Positions 1 to 11,269 are shown, counted from the first letter of the stretch. The stretch is 64,000 nt of DNA from Candidatus Woesearchaeota archaeon (GCA_964418095.1 CAYQKM010000001.1:4173-68172); one strand, 5' to 3'. Made by a program: numbers and translations. Notes: generated by a model from the sequence alone, not told the origin.

Positions 1-1542
1 CTCTTACAAATATTAAATAAAAGAGAACTTGAATTAGAAAAAACCTCCTTTTCCAATGAAAAAGAAATAGAAAAAGAGAAAAAAATAACAGAAACAATTT
101 CTAAGATGGATATTTGTCCATTATGCAAGAACAAAATAACTAAAAGCCATATAGAAAGCATACACAGAGAAATATTCCCTAAAATAAATTCACTCACAAA
201 AGAACTTGAAGATTCAGATAAAGAACTCTCTCAAATAGGATTTAAAAAAGAAATCCTCTCACAAGAAATAGAAAATCTTAGTTCAGAAGTTTCAAAAAGA
301 GACTTGGATTTATTAAAGATATCTAATATAAATGAAAAGAAAAACGCAATTAAGCTGCTTAATGATAAAATAATAATCTCAAAAAACGCACTATCTGAAA
401 TAGAGAAATTAAAAATTAAATTAGAAAAAGAATTAGATGAAAATTCTAATGTTGAGCAAAAATATGAAACAGCGAGAATAGAATTGCAGGAAATCTCATT
501 AAGGACAAAGGAAAACATAAACTCAGAAATCTCTTTTAAAAAGAAAGAGTACGAGCGTGTAAAGATTTCTTTAAAACAAATATCTAGAGAAGAAGAAGAT
601 GTAAAAGAAGAACTTAAGAATTTTAAAATAAAATTTGATGAAAGAGAAAATTCACTTGATAAGAAGAAGAAACAAGAAGAAGAATTAGTAAAGAAGTTCC
701 AAACAATGATAACTAATAGAGATGCCCTTCAATCTAAAATAAGAAAAGACGAGCAAGAACTCTCAATAAAAAAGAATTTTGTATATAATATTGAACAAGA
801 AATAAACAATACTAAGATAGATCAAGCAAGAATAAATGCTGAAATAGAGAACCTTGAAATAGAAATGCTTAATTTCCCAAATATTGAATTGATAAAAGGT
901 TCACGAGAATCATTATTTGAAAGATTAACTAAACTACAAGAGTCATTTTCACAAATTGGTCCAGTAAACCTGCTTTCAGTTGAGACTTATGATGAAATAA
1001 AAAAAGAATATGACACAGTAAATGAAAAAGCAAATAGCATAACTAAAGAAAAGGAAAGCATCTTAAAAATAATCCATGATATTGACATTAAAAAGAAAAA
1101 AGCATTCATAAAAACACTTAATGAATTAAATCAAATTTTCTCTAGAAATTTTACGCAAATTAGTGTTAAAGGACAGGTTTCTTTAGAACTTGAAAATCCT
1201 AAAGAGCCATTTGAAGGCGGAGTAGGAATATTAGTAAAGACAGGTCATGGTAAATATTTTGATGTGACCTCTCTTTCAGGAGGAGAACAAACAATGGTTG
1301 CACTCTCACTTATCTTTGCAATACAAGAACTTAACCCCTATTGCTTTTACATCTTAGATGAAATAGATGCAGCCCTTGATAAGAGAAACTCAGAGAGATT
1401 AGGAAACCTTTTAAGAAAATATATGCAAAAAGGACAATATATTGTAATTACCCACAATGACGAGGTTATAACAAATGCAACAAACCTCTATGGTATTTCA
1501 ATGCATGAAGGAATATCTAAAGTTGTGAGTTTAAGAGTTTAG
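1..1542 (+). CDS. smc: SMC (structural maintenance of chromosomes) ATPase, C-terminal part; N-terminus lies upstream of the window
   Basis: Frame is open from base 1 into ORF 106..1542. Long coiled-coil region, then ABC signature LSGGEQTMVALSLIFA and Walker B/D-loop FYILDEIDAALD at the C-terminus. Confidence 0.85.
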   Translation, partial: LLQILNKRELELEKTSFSNEKEIEKEKKITETISKMDICPLCKNKITKSHIESIHREIFPKINSLTKELEDSDKELSQIGFKKEILSQEIENLSSEVSKRDLDLLKISNINEKKNAIKLLNDKIIISKNALSEIEKLKIKLEKELDENSNVEQKYETARIELQEISLRTKENINSEISFKKKEYERVKISLKQISREEEDVKEELKNFKIKFDERENSLDKKKKQEEELVKKFQTMITNRDALQSKIRKDEQELSIKKNFVYNIEQEINNTKIDQARINAEIENLEIEMLNFPNIELIKGSRESLFERLTKLQESFSQIGPVNLLSVETYDEIKKEYDTVNEKANSITKEKESILKIIHDIDIKKKKAFIKTLNELNQIFSRNFTQISVKGQVSLELENPKEPFEGGVGILVKTGHGKYFDVTSLSGGEQTMVALSLIFAIQELNPYCFYILDEIDAALDKRNSERLGNLLRKYMQKGQYIVITHNDEVITNATNLYGISMHEGISKVVSLRV

Positions 1543-1680
1543 CTTCATACACCTGTGTTTCAATAAACACTTATTCACAGGATACAAATCCACACAGTGA
1601 TTTGCATAATGCATGAAGGAATATCTAAAGTTGTGAGTTTAAGAGTTTAAAACAGATTTTAATGGTTTAGCTTCATACAC
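1501..1680 (+). repeat. duplicated 3' end of smc (41 bp plus 11 bp segments) flanking a palindromic insert
   Basis: atgcatgaaggaatatctaaagttgtgagtttaagagttta occurs at 1501-1541 and again at 1609-1649. gcttcatacac occurs at 1542-1552 and 1670-1680. The insert contains the inverted repeat cctgtg(18 nt)cacagg at 1552-1581. Confidence 0.8.
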
Positions 1681-1706
1681 TCTTTTTTCAAAACAATTAA
1701 ATAAAA

Positions 1707-2333
1707 GTGATACCTTCATATTATATGGATCGTGAGGGTTTAATTAAGAGTTTAAAGGCTAAGGGTTTTAGAGATAATATAATCCAAGCATTTTGTAATG
1801 TTAAAAGAGAGGACTTTGTAAGCGAAGGTTTTCAAAGCCTAGCTTATGATGACATTGCCTTGCCAATTTCTAATGAACAGACAATTTCACAACCCTCCAC
1901 AATTGCTTTAGCCCTCCAACTCCTTAAGTTAAGAGAAAACCAAAAAGTCCTTGAAATAGGCTCTGGCTGCGGATACACTCTAGCACTTATTGCAGAAATA
2001 ATTGGAGAACAAGGTAAAGCTTATGGTGTAGAAATTATAAAAGAGTTAGCTGAAAAATCAATTAAAAATTTAAAGAAATACTCAAACACTCAAATAAATA
2101 ATCAAAGCGGAAAAGAAAAGCACACTGATTCTCCTTTTAACAGGATTTTAATTAGTGCAGCAATTTCAGAAATTCCTCACGAAATACTTGACCAATTATC
2201 AGAAAATGGAATAATTGTAGCCCCAATTGGCTCAGGATTTTTGCAGACACTCACTTCAATACGAAAAATTTCAGGAAAATACATTGTAGAAAAAGAAATA
2301 CCTGGATTTATGTTTGTAAGATTTATTGAATAA
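1707..2333 (+). CDS. pcm: protein-L-isoaspartate O-methyltransferase
   Basis: SAM-binding motif VLEIGSGCGYTLALIAE and overall PIMT-like length and layout. True start probably the internal Met (MDREGL). Confidence 0.8.
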   Translation: MIPSYYMDREGLIKSLKAKGFRDNIIQAFCNVKREDFVSEGFQSLAYDDIALPISNEQTISQPSTIALALQLLKLRENQKVLEIGSGCGYTLALIAEIIGEQGKAYGVEIIKELAEKSIKNLKKYSNTQINNQSGKEKHTDSPFNRILISAAISEIPHEILDQLSENGIIVAPIGSGFLQTLTSIRKISGKYIVEKEIPGFMFVRFIE

Positions 2334-2447
2334 TTCTCTAATTAACTTACTAAATAACACCAATTTTTTATAGCTTAATAAAATTTAATTTTAAAATAAA
2401 AAAAGGAGAAAGACTAAATAAAAAAATAAAAAAATAAAAAAGGGATT

Positions 2448-3716
2448 TTAGTAGTAACTTTCTCCAAATTCTTCAGTTTTTTGTGGTTTTTTACCTATTA
2501 GTACAATCAATACTACTAGCAATACTAAAAAGATTATTGCTAACACAACTGTTAATACAACAATTGGGTTAATTGCTTTTCCTTCTGCATCCAATTTAAG
2601 AGTTACTTTTTCTACAAGCTTATCATTAGAAAGTACATTCACATTGAATGAATATTCTCCTTCTGACTTAGCTTTAGCAGTTATTTTAACTGTCTTACTT
2701 GAACCAGCTGGAACAGCAACAACAGCACTATCTACATTTGAAGAAACATCGTCATTTGATTCTACAATTATCTTGTATACAACTAAACTATCAGTTGGGT
2801 TTACAAGTAACATACTGTATTCAGCTTCTCCACCCACTGCAACTGTCTTTTTGTTGCTTGTTACAATAACACTTTCAGGCAAATTGTTTTTTATAGCAAT
2901 TTGTCTTACAAATGTTGATTTAACATCGTCGTTTTCAACAAAAACTTCAAGGTTATAGATACCTTCTTCAACTCCATATGGAATTTCTAGGTATATTCTA
3001 CCACTAGCTGTATCTTCCTCTTTACAGTTTTCAGTGCATGTTTCTTTAGCTACTAAATCACCAAAGTAAGCTGTTCTTTGAAGACCAATTGCTGGTATTC
3101 CAACAGTTACATAAACATCTTCCAAGTCATTATATCCTAAGTTTGTAACCAATATGTCAACAGGTATTGTTTTACCAACATTAACTGATTGAGCAACACT
3201 TATTGATTTAACAACTGGGTTGTATGAAGGTCTTTGAACTCTTACAGCAATATTTCCATATTCTGATTTGTAATCTGAATTCCAGATTCTTACAGAAAGA
3301 GTCATATCATCTGATAAGTCTTTTTTAAGTTCAGATAAAGCTTCAAGTTTCAAAGTTCTTGTATAAGTGTGTCCTGCTTCTACATCAAACGGACTTGTAG
3401 TAGCTTTAACACTATCCTTTTTACCTTCAAGCTCAGCTCTTACTACTATGTTTTTTGCACTTACTTCAGATGTAAAAGTTACTTTAACATTCATAGGCTC
3501 ACCAGCAATAACACTTGGGTTATTATTGATGTTCATACCATCTATTTCAATTGTAACACATCCTGCAACAGGATCACTAGATGGAGTAGATATGAGTGTT
3601 CCGCAACATTCACATTCAGTAGCATTTGTTGCACTAACTGTAGCAACTAAAAACAATGCTATTGCGATTGTACAAAGAGAAACCAAGATTTTCTTTGTAT
3701 TCATTTTTGCTCTCAT
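2448..3716 (-). CDS. secreted cell-surface protein (S-layer/adhesin-like) with N-terminal signal peptide and C-terminal TM anchor
   Basis: N-terminal hydrophobic signal (ILVSLCTIAIALFLVATVSA). Thr/Ser/Val-rich beta-type body. C-terminal hydrophobic helix followed by a basic tail (LIGKKPQKTEE). Strong TATA-like box about 50 nt upstream and a T-rich tract downstream. Confidence 0.6.
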   Translation of the reverse strand: MRAKMNTKKILVSLCTIAIALFLVATVSATNATECECCGTLISTPSSDPVAGCVTIEIDGMNINNNPSVIAGEPMNVKVTFTSEVSAKNIVVRAELEGKKDSVKATTSPFDVEAGHTYTRTLKLEALSELKKDLSDDMTLSVRIWNSDYKSEYGNIAVRVQRPSYNPVVKSISVAQSVNVGKTIPVDILVTNLGYNDLEDVYVTVGIPAIGLQRTAYFGDLVAKETCTENCKEEDTASGRIYLEIPYGVEEGIYNLEVFVENDDVKSTFVRQIAIKNNLPESVIVTSNKKTVAVGGEAEYSMLLVNPTDSLVVYKIIVESNDDVSSNVDSAVVAVPAGSSKTVKITAKAKSEGEYSFNVNVLSNDKLVEKVTLKLDAEGKAINPIVVLTVVLAIIFLVLLVVLIVLIGKKPQKTEEFGESYY

Positions 3717-3955
3717 TTTATTTAATTGCGTAGAAAGTTTTTTTCTACAATATTCTAGGAGTAGAGGCAGTTTATAAAGTTTACTATTGTAGTAATTTAA
3801 TAGTTACACCATAGTAACTAGATGTCAGTACATTCAGTGAACATTTCGAATATAATCAAATAAAAAATAAAACATCGTGTCACTTTATGTTACTCAATGT
3901 CATGAAAAACAAAAAACAAGATAAGGATTTCTCCTTACCTTGCACTATTATAAAA

Positions 3956-5113
3956 TTAAAAACTTAATAATTTAATATTGTTGCTTGTTGCAGCAAAATT
4001 TCTTGCAACAAGAACTTGACACCCTGCGTCTTCAGCTGAATCTATAACAGAACCTGTTACAGTTCCATCAAGAACAATTGCATAAGGTCTTTCATTCACT
4101 CTTCTTAAACTTCCACCAAATCCTCTTGAAGATATTTCTCTTATTTCTCTAAGAGATTCATCCAAAAGAATTGCTTTACCAGAATCTTCAATTTCTTTCA
4201 GAATCTTTTTCAGCTTTTCTTTTTCTTCATCATTCAATTCTTTGGTTCTTGAAGAGTTGTGAAAACTGTTTCCATTATTCTCTCTTCTTTGCATACCTTC
4301 TCTTTTAAGGTATTCACTTAATGGAACTTTCTTTCTTAAATTCATAAGAATTTCTTTTCCTGCAAGTTCTTCAACTTCTTTTCCATCAGGTGCAGTTACA
4401 ATGTAATCAACATCAGCATTGTCTGAGACATTTTGTATTATAAGCTTTCCACCTCTGTCTCCATCAACAAAAAGAGTTATTTCTTTCTCTTTTCCAAGTT
4501 CTCTTATTGCATTAGGCATTTTAGTGCCGTTCATAGCAATAACATTTGTAACACCAGCTCTTAAAAGATTAACAACATCTGCTCTTCCTTCAACAACAAT
4601 TATCTCTTTTCCAGAGATATTTCCGCATGGTAATTTTTCACTTCCATATTCTTGTATATTTGAAGTCTTTGCAGAATCTTTGATTTCATTTGAAATCTCT
4701 CTTGAGTCTGTAGAACCTTTGATTTCAGACATAAGTCTTTTAGCTCTTTCAAGAATATAGTCCCTCTTGCTTCCCCTCACATCTTCAATTCTTTCAATCT
4801 CAATCTGAGAGTCACTTGGACCTATTCTTTCTATTGTCTCAATTGCAGCAGCTATTAAAGTTGTTTCAGACTGGTCAAGAGCAGTAGGAATCTTTATTTT
4901 ACCCACAGTCATCTTGTCTCTTCTTTCCAAGTCAACTTCAATTCTTCCTATCTTTCCTTCTTTCTGCAATTCTCTCATTTCCAACTCAGCACCCAATAAA
5001 CCTTCTGTCTGCCCAAATATAGCTCCGATTACATCAGGTTTTTCCAAAGCACCTTCAGCTGTAAAATTCGCATGTATCATGTATTTTATTGATACTGGAC
5101 TTATTTTTGCCAT
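3956..5113 (-). CDS. dnaG: archaeal DnaG-type primase (Toprim domain)
   Basis: Toprim motifs EIIVVEGRADVVNLL ... FVDGDRGGKLI; size and layout typical of archaeal DnaG. Confidence 0.85.
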   Translation of the reverse strand: MAKISPVSIKYMIHANFTAEGALEKPDVIGAIFGQTEGLLGAELEMRELQKEGKIGRIEVDLERRDKMTVGKIKIPTALDQSETTLIAAAIETIERIGPSDSQIEIERIEDVRGSKRDYILERAKRLMSEIKGSTDSREISNEIKDSAKTSNIQEYGSEKLPCGNISGKEIIVVEGRADVVNLLRAGVTNVIAMNGTKMPNAIRELGKEKEITLFVDGDRGGKLIIQNVSDNADVDYIVTAPDGKEVEELAGKEILMNLRKKVPLSEYLKREGMQRRENNGNSFHNSSRTKELNDEEKEKLKKILKEIEDSGKAILLDESLREIREISSRGFGGSLRRVNERPYAIVLDGTVTGSVIDSAEDAGCQVLVARNFAATSNNIKLLSF

Positions 5114-5419
5114 TTTTTTCCTATTTATTTAATTAATTTGAAATCTAATGATTTCTAGAAAAATATCGATTTAGCTTTTATCAAGCATACACTTTTTAAT
5201 TAGTGACCTCTAATTCTAATCTCTTTGTTGATCTAAATCAAATCAGCATAAATTGGATTGAATGTGATGTGATACCGTGATAATAATTGAAAAACGATAC
5301 TTTTCAATTATACATTATCTTAGATAGTTTAAAAGTTCTTCGGTTATATTTTTTAAAGGGTTCTTCACTTAAAACCCAATTTACAAAGGTTTATAAAACA
5401 CACTTCCTCAAACCTTCTT

Positions 5420-5839
5420 ATGACAAATAATCTATCATTTGAAACACCTGAAAACAGATATAAATACGCAAGACTTTTAAGAGGAGAGTTTGAAAAGAAT
5501 AATCTAAACTACTGGTGGGTATCACCTTCAGTTAAAACAAATGAGATACTTATAACCCCAAGAGATTTTGGAGAGTGGCAAAAAGAAGCATATCCCCCAA
5601 TTTCTCGTATAAGTATTCAAATAAATCCAGAAGGAAAACCTAATTTTGGAGTTAGTGGATATAATTTCGCTAGAATAAGCTGCGAAAATCCAGAATTTCA
5701 GTCAAGAGGATATAATTGCCACCAGCACATAAAAAAGAGTGGTGTAAAAGGAAGGTGGTGGCTAATAAAGAAACTAAACTCTATTGAAGAAATTGTAACT
5801 GAATTTAAAGATATAGAACATCTTTTAAGGAAAAAATAA
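5420..5839 (+). CDS. hypothetical protein
   Basis: 139-aa ORF with a TATA-like box (GGTTTATAAAAC) about 25 nt upstream; no recognisable motif. Confidence 0.4.
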   Translation: MTNNLSFETPENRYKYARLLRGEFEKNNLNYWWVSPSVKTNEILITPRDFGEWQKEAYPPISRISIQINPEGKPNFGVSGYNFARISCENPEFQSRGYNCHQHIKKSGVKGRWWLIKKLNSIEEIVTEFKDIEHLLRKK

Positions 5840-5844
5840 TTCTT

Positions 5845-6081
5845 TTAGAAACTTCTTAATACAATGCTCCCTTTGTAAGCACTGCACTCTGTTTTACGAG
5901 AAACCTCAAATAAATTCTCAAGATTTTTTTTAGAATACCCATAACTTTCAAGGACTTCTTTAAGCAAACCAATTGCAATCTCAGATGATTCCTCTGCTAT
6001 GTAAGCAATTGACCTTTTGCCCTGCATATCTGTATAAACTAATTTATATACAGGATATTCATTCCCCTTAGTTTCTTTCAT
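5845..6081 (-). CDS. hypothetical small protein
   Basis: 78-aa ORF, convergent with 5420..5839; no motif. Confidence 0.3.
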   Translation of the reverse strand: MKETKGNEYPVYKLVYTDMQGKRSIAYIAEESSEIAIGLLKEVLESYGYSKKNLENLFEVSRKTECSAYKGSIVLRSF

Positions 6082-6135
6082 TTGCTAAGAAATATTATTT
6101 ATTTTAAAAAGTATGTTGTTCTAAAGAACTTACTT

Positions 6136-6696
6136 TTATCTAAATCTTCTATTATTCAAAACAGAGGATTCTCTAAACTTTCCTAATTGCTCATATAAAT
6201 TTAAGAGCTTATTTTTTATCTCTGTTTTTTCTGATTCACTTAATTTCATACTAAGAATTTTCTCATATACTTTAACAGCATTATTTCTTCTAGACTCTTT
6301 TTCAAATTGCTCTGCTTGCTCTTTGTAAAACTCTTTTATATTCTCATATATTTCTGACTTTTTAATTATTGAAACTTCTTCCATAGATCTTCTCATAACA
6401 GAGTCAGCCTCGTCAAATCTCCCATTTTGAATATGTGCCTTTATCTCATTTATAAGATATCCTAGTTTTTCTTGAGAAGAGAGAGATAATAAGGATAAAT
6501 TCCTATACATCTTTGCAACATCTCCATACATCTTTTTTGAAGTGTATATTTCAATGAGTTTAGTGAAAGCAAATTTCTTTTCATGTAGTGGAGGTTTTTG
6601 AGCTATAAATCTGTTTAGATAATCAATCTGAATAAAGTCTCCTTTTCCCTTAAGCTCTCTTTCAATTTCACTCTTACTCATTCCCTTTGTAAGCAT
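6136..6696 (-). CDS. hypothetical protein (helical, possibly TPR-like)
   Basis: 186-aa ORF with helix-rich composition. Confidence 0.4.
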   Translation of the reverse strand: MLTKGMSKSEIERELKGKGDFIQIDYLNRFIAQKPPLHEKKFAFTKLIEIYTSKKMYGDVAKMYRNLSLLSLSSQEKLGYLINEIKAHIQNGRFDEADSVMRRSMEEVSIIKKSEIYENIKEFYKEQAEQFEKESRRNNAVKVYEKILSMKLSESEKTEIKNKLLNLYEQLGKFRESSVLNNRRFR

Positions 6697-6741
6697 AAAT
6701 ATTCTAATATTCTTGGGTTTTTAAGTATTGTTAATTTTACA

Positions 6742-6966
6742 CTATTTTTTGAGAAATTCACTTATTTTTTCATATTCTTCTAAACAACTATATGACCTAT
6801 AAGGATCATTTGACATTTCATATCCTTTTTCACAAGTTCCAACTTTATATCCAAATATTATTGCTTTTCTAATTAAATCTTTAGTAAACTCTTCTACTCC
6901 TTTATGGTTAAGAATATCTTCTAATTCTCTTCCCAGAATTTTTATTTCCTCAATATCTTCTGTCAT
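6742..6966 (-). CDS. hypothetical small protein
   Basis: 74-aa ORF with a 4-nt ATGA overlap to the upstream ORF, suggesting translational coupling. Confidence 0.35.
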   Translation of the reverse strand: MTEDIEEIKILGRELEDILNHKGVEEFTKDLIRKAIIFGYKVGTCEKGYEMSNDPYRSYSCLEEYEKISEFLKK

Positions 6967-7370
6967 TTTGACTCACTTAAATCACTTATATCTTCCATAA
7001 TAGAGTAATTTTTCTTAAACATTAATTCTAATTTACCTTCTTCACCACCATGCTCTCTAATTCCTCCAAAAATACTCTTAAAATAAGAAGCATCTGCACC
7101 TTTACACAAAAATTTTAAAATATCGTATGTTTTCTCATCTACCTGAGTTCTATTTCTAAAATCTTTTTCAAATACTCCTCTTTTATAATCTTCAGCTAAT
7201 CTAACATACTTATCTACAAGGTCCCTAAAATGGATTGATTCATCTCTTTCAGCAAATACTTTTAGTGATTTTGCAAGTTTAATATAATCCACATTATTTA
7301 AATCCTTAACTTTTCTAAAACTTTCTAAAAATTCCCTTGCATCATTTACGCTATATCTTTTCCTTCCCAT
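6963..7370 (-). CDS. hypothetical protein
   Basis: 135-aa ORF heading a two-gene unit with 6742..6966. Confidence 0.4.
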   Translation of the reverse strand: MGRKRYSVNDAREFLESFRKVKDLNNVDYIKLAKSLKVFAERDESIHFRDLVDKYVRLAEDYKRGVFEKDFRNRTQVDEKTYDILKFLCKGADASYFKSIFGGIREHGGEEGKLELMFKKNYSIMEDISDLSESK

Positions 7371-7546
7371 AAGATATATTCTTTAGAGTGCATTTAAATA
7401 CTTTGTTATAAATCTATACTATATTTCACTTTATTATAGATTTCTTATACTATCATAAAGATACTTTATTATAAAATAAAGAAATATCATTTTAAAATTG
7501 ATTATATATAATTATTTAGAATTTATTTTTATACAAAGAAATCACC

Positions 7547-8830
7547 TTACTTCTTTTTTACAATTTCTAAGCACATACCAGCAGCAACTGTTGCTCCAGC
7601 ATCTCTAACTGCGAATCTTCCCATAAATGGATTATCTTTAGCAGTTTCTAAGCATAAATTTCCTTGAGGTCTTATTCTAACTTTAGCAACATCTCCATTC
7701 TTTAAGAAGTCAGGATTTTGTTTTATAGCTTGTCCGGTTTTAGGGTCAATTTGTTCTATTAATTCTGTAAATTGACAAGGAACTTGAGCTGTGTGTATAT
7801 GGAATACTGGAGTATATCCTTTAGCTAACACTGTAGGGTGATTTATTACTGCAATTTGAGCAATAAACTCTTCAACTATTGGTATTGGAGAATTTGCCTC
7901 GCAGATAACATCTCCTCTAGCAATATCTTTTTTTCCTACGCCTCTAATATTAACACCTACATTCATACCAGCAGGAGCATCAGGTAAAGTTTCATGATGA
8001 GCTTCAATAGTCTTTATTTCACCTGGGATTCCAGTTCCAGTTCTTCCTGGAAGGATTATAACTTTCTGTCCAACTTTCATTATACCAGTTTCAACTTTTC
8101 CAACAGGAACAGTTCCAATTCCTGTAATTTCATATACATCCTGAACTGGCATTCTCATTGGTAAATTTGTTGGTAATTCTGGAGCAGGGAATAAATCTAT
8201 TTGTTCCACAATACTTGGTCCCTTATACCAAGGCATTTTATCTGTTTTCTTAAAAATATTATCTCCTTGCAATCCACTCACAGCCAAGAAAGGTGTGTTG
8301 TCAGGATTTATTCCAACTTGTTTTAATAATTTTCCTACATCTTCTTTAACTGCCTTGAATCTGTCTTCTTTGTATTCAACAGCATCCATTTTATTTACAG
8401 CAATAGCAAGATTCTTTACACCCATTGTTCTTAAAAGCCATAAGTGTTCTGTTGTTTGTGGTTGAACACCAGCAGGAGCAGCAATAACCAAGAAAGCAGC
8501 ATCTGCTTGTGAAGCACCAGTAATCATGTTCTTAACAAAGTCTCTGTGTCCAGGTGCATCAATGATTGTGATTTCATATTTTTGAGTAATTAATTTTTTA
8601 TAAGACAAATCAATTGTAACTCCTCTTTCTCTTTCTTCTTTAATATTATCCATTACATAAGCAAACTCAAATCCAGCTTTTCCATATTTTTGAGCTTCAG
8701 CTCTTAGTTTAGCCATTTCTTGTTCTGATACTGCTCCACCATCAAACATTAGTCTTCCTACTGTTGTTGATTTTCCAGCATCAACGTGTCCCACGAACAC
8801 TACATTCATTGTTGGTTTTTCTCTAGCCAT
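7547..8830 (-). CDS. tuf: translation elongation factor aEF-1 alpha
   Basis: G1 motif [22 protein letters not shown]; about 427 aa. Confidence 0.95.
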   Translation of the reverse strand: MAREKPTMNVVFVGHVDAGKSTTVGRLMFDGGAVSEQEMAKLRAEAQKYGKAGFEFAYVMDNIKEERERGVTIDLSYKKLITQKYEITIIDAPGHRDFVKNMITGASQADAAFLVIAAPAGVQPQTTEHLWLLRTMGVKNLAIAVNKMDAVEYKEDRFKAVKEDVGKLLKQVGINPDNTPFLAVSGLQGDNIFKKTDKMPWYKGPSIVEQIDLFPAPELPTNLPMRMPVQDVYEITGIGTVPVGKVETGIMKVGQKVIILPGRTGTGIPGEIKTIEAHHETLPDAPAGMNVGVNIRGVGKKDIARGDVICEANSPIPIVEEFIAQIAVINHPTVLAKGYTPVFHIHTAQVPCQFTELIEQIDPKTGQAIKQNPDFLKNGDVAKVRIRPQGNLCLETAKDNPFMGRFAVRDAGATVAAGMCLEIVKKK

Positions 8831-8976
8831 TTTAGTACCTAATTTATCTAATAAAAAAGTAGGTTTATAAACTTTTTGTTTTGTTTATTCAACTATTCTT
8901 TTTTATTTTTATTATATTTTAAATTTCCCCTCGACAAAATTAAAATTATCTTTTTTTAGAAAAAATTAAAAATTAT

Positions 8977-11175
8977 TTATTGGTTTTCAGCTAAGCCTTT
9001 TCTATCTCTTATCTTTCTTATAACATCCGCTTGTAATGCAGATGGTATTTTTTCAAACTGCTGATCAACTAAAGATGAAACCCCTCTTCCTTCAGTAGCA
9101 CTTCTTAAATCACTTGACCATCCAATCATTTCAGCGACAGGAATTTTAGCTTTTAATTGAGCTTGTCCAGCTTCTTGACTCATATCTAGAAGTTGTCCTC
9201 TTTTTCCACCAACAAGTTTTGTTCCAGAACCCATAAAGTTTTCAGGAACTTCAATTAAATGAATTTGCAAAGGTTCAAGAATAGTAGGATTTGCTTTTTT
9301 CATTGCCTCTGTTATTGCTTCTCTTACAGCAGGATAAACTTGAGCAGGTCCTCTATGGATAGCATCCTCGTGAAGTCTTATATCTCCTAATACAACTTTC
9401 ATACCCATGCAAGGTTCTCTTGCTAATGGCCCTTGATCCATTACCATTTCAAATGCATCTAAAACCATTTCAATTACTTCTCCAATATGAACCTCTCCTC
9501 GTGTTTCATCAAAAAACATGTTTCCTTTGTAAATATCTTTAACATTTCTAATCTCGTCACTGCCCCATCCTATTTTTGAAAGTGTGTTTACAACAGCCTC
9601 ACTCTTTTTCTTTACTCTTCCTTCTGGAAGCTCTCCACTCTCTATTAATTCAGATAGTGTACTATCAAGAGGTTCAACTCTAATATAGAAGCTATTATGT
9701 TTGTTTGGGCTTCTTCCTTCAAATGCTTGTCCTGAAGATTTTCCAACAGACTCTCTATAAACAACAATTGGATTTGACGTCTTAATATTTAATCCTTTTT
9801 CAGTCTTGATTCTATTTTCAATAATCTCTAAATGTAATTCACCCATACCAGAAATTAAACTCTCCCCAGTCTCTTCATTAATACTAACTTTAATTGAAGG
9901 GTCTTCTTTTGAAACTTTTCTTAAAATTTCAATAAGCTTTGGTAAGTCAGCTGTTTTTATAACTTCAATTGATTTTGTAATTACTGGTTGGAAAATATGT
10001 TTAATTTCTTCAAATGGTGTTTGCTCCTTTGTTGTGATTGTTTCACCCACATCAAGATTTAATCCACTAACAGCGAGGACATTACCCGCAGGAACACTTT
10101 CTAATTGTTCAGGCTTAATTCCATTATAAACTAAAACCTGTTGTATTTTTGCTGGTTGTTTTGCATTATTTGCATAAACATCCATTCCACTTCTAAGTGT
10201 TCCAGAATATATTCTCCCTGCAGAAATTTCTTTTCCTGAACGAGGGTCAATAACAATTCTTGTTATAACAAATCCAAGTTCTCCATTTTTATCACACTGA
10301 ACTAAGTTTTTCCCAAATTCACTATCTAATTCCCCTCTCCATATTTTAGGTATTCTATATGCTTGAGCCTCTACAGGATTAGGCAAATGTTTTATAGCCA
10401 TATCTAATATAACTTCATAAAGTGGAGCATTTTCCCAAACCCACTTATCTCTATCTTCTTTAGAAAGTGAGCCATCATATAATTGATAAATATCCTTAAA
10501 ACTTATTTTCTTCTTTACCATAAATGGAATAGACAGTGCCCAATTTTCTCTAGCAGAACCAAATGCAACACTTCCATCAGCAACATTTACTTTGAATTTT
10601 GAAGCAAATTCTTTTTCAGCAATTTGTTCAATTAATTGATTAAATTTTTCAATAATCTTTTTGAATCGGTCTTGCATTTGCTCAGGTGTAACTTGTAATT
10701 CATTGATTAGTCTATCAACTTTATTAATAAAAAGAACAGGTTTTACTCTTTCTTTAAGTGCTTGTCTAATAACTGTTTCTGTTTGAGGCATTATTCCTTC
10801 AACAGCACACACTAAAACAAATGTTCCATCAATAGCCCTCATAGCTCTTGTAACATTTCCACCAAAATCAACATGTCCTGGAGTGTCAATTAAATTTACT
10901 AAATACTCTTCACCTAAGTAATTATGAACCATAGATACATTCGCTGCATCAACAGTCATTAATCTTTCTTGCTCGTCAGAATGTTGCCAGGTTGCCATAC
11001 CCTCTTCTAAATCTCCTGCATTTTTTGCAGCCATCATTCCTGCTGCAGCTAAAAGATTATCTGTAAATGCTGTTTTTCCGTGGTGGATATGAGCACTTGT
11101 AGCTACATTTCTTATATTTTTTTGATTAGAAACTAATCTCCTAATCTTATCTAAACTTGATTCTTTTTCTGCCAT
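8977..11175 (-). CDS. fusA: translation elongation factor aEF-2
   Basis: GTPase motifs (AHIHHGKT, DTPGHVDF, NKVD), 732 aa, diphthamide-target His in DAIHRGPAQ. Confidence 0.95.
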   Translation of the reverse strand: MAEKESSLDKIRRLVSNQKNIRNVATSAHIHHGKTAFTDNLLAAAGMMAAKNAGDLEEGMATWQHSDEQERLMTVDAANVSMVHNYLGEEYLVNLIDTPGHVDFGGNVTRAMRAIDGTFVLVCAVEGIMPQTETVIRQALKERVKPVLFINKVDRLINELQVTPEQMQDRFKKIIEKFNQLIEQIAEKEFASKFKVNVADGSVAFGSARENWALSIPFMVKKKISFKDIYQLYDGSLSKEDRDKWVWENAPLYEVILDMAIKHLPNPVEAQAYRIPKIWRGELDSEFGKNLVQCDKNGELGFVITRIVIDPRSGKEISAGRIYSGTLRSGMDVYANNAKQPAKIQQVLVYNGIKPEQLESVPAGNVLAVSGLNLDVGETITTKEQTPFEEIKHIFQPVITKSIEVIKTADLPKLIEILRKVSKEDPSIKVSINEETGESLISGMGELHLEIIENRIKTEKGLNIKTSNPIVVYRESVGKSSGQAFEGRSPNKHNSFYIRVEPLDSTLSELIESGELPEGRVKKKSEAVVNTLSKIGWGSDEIRNVKDIYKGNMFFDETRGEVHIGEVIEMVLDAFEMVMDQGPLAREPCMGMKVVLGDIRLHEDAIHRGPAQVYPAVREAITEAMKKANPTILEPLQIHLIEVPENFMGSGTKLVGGKRGQLLDMSQEAGQAQLKAKIPVAEMIGWSSDLRSATEGRGVSSLVDQQFEKIPSALQADVIRKIRDRKGLAENQ

Positions 11176-11269
11176 TTTTTGTATGTTTTTTATTATTTTA
11201 GTTTGCTAATTATTAAACTTGATAAAAATAGTTTTTAAACTTTACCCAAATAATTTAATTTGTTTAAGC

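Noticed and set aside
231-518. 95-aa minus-strand ORF inside smc
   Set aside because: Antisense to a well-supported coding region; low-complexity translation typical of AT-rich antisense frames.
2644-3777. Plus-strand ORFs overlapping the surface-protein gene (2644..2958, 3367..3777, 3369..3650)
   Set aside because: Antisense to the surface-protein gene; compositionally biased; no start context.
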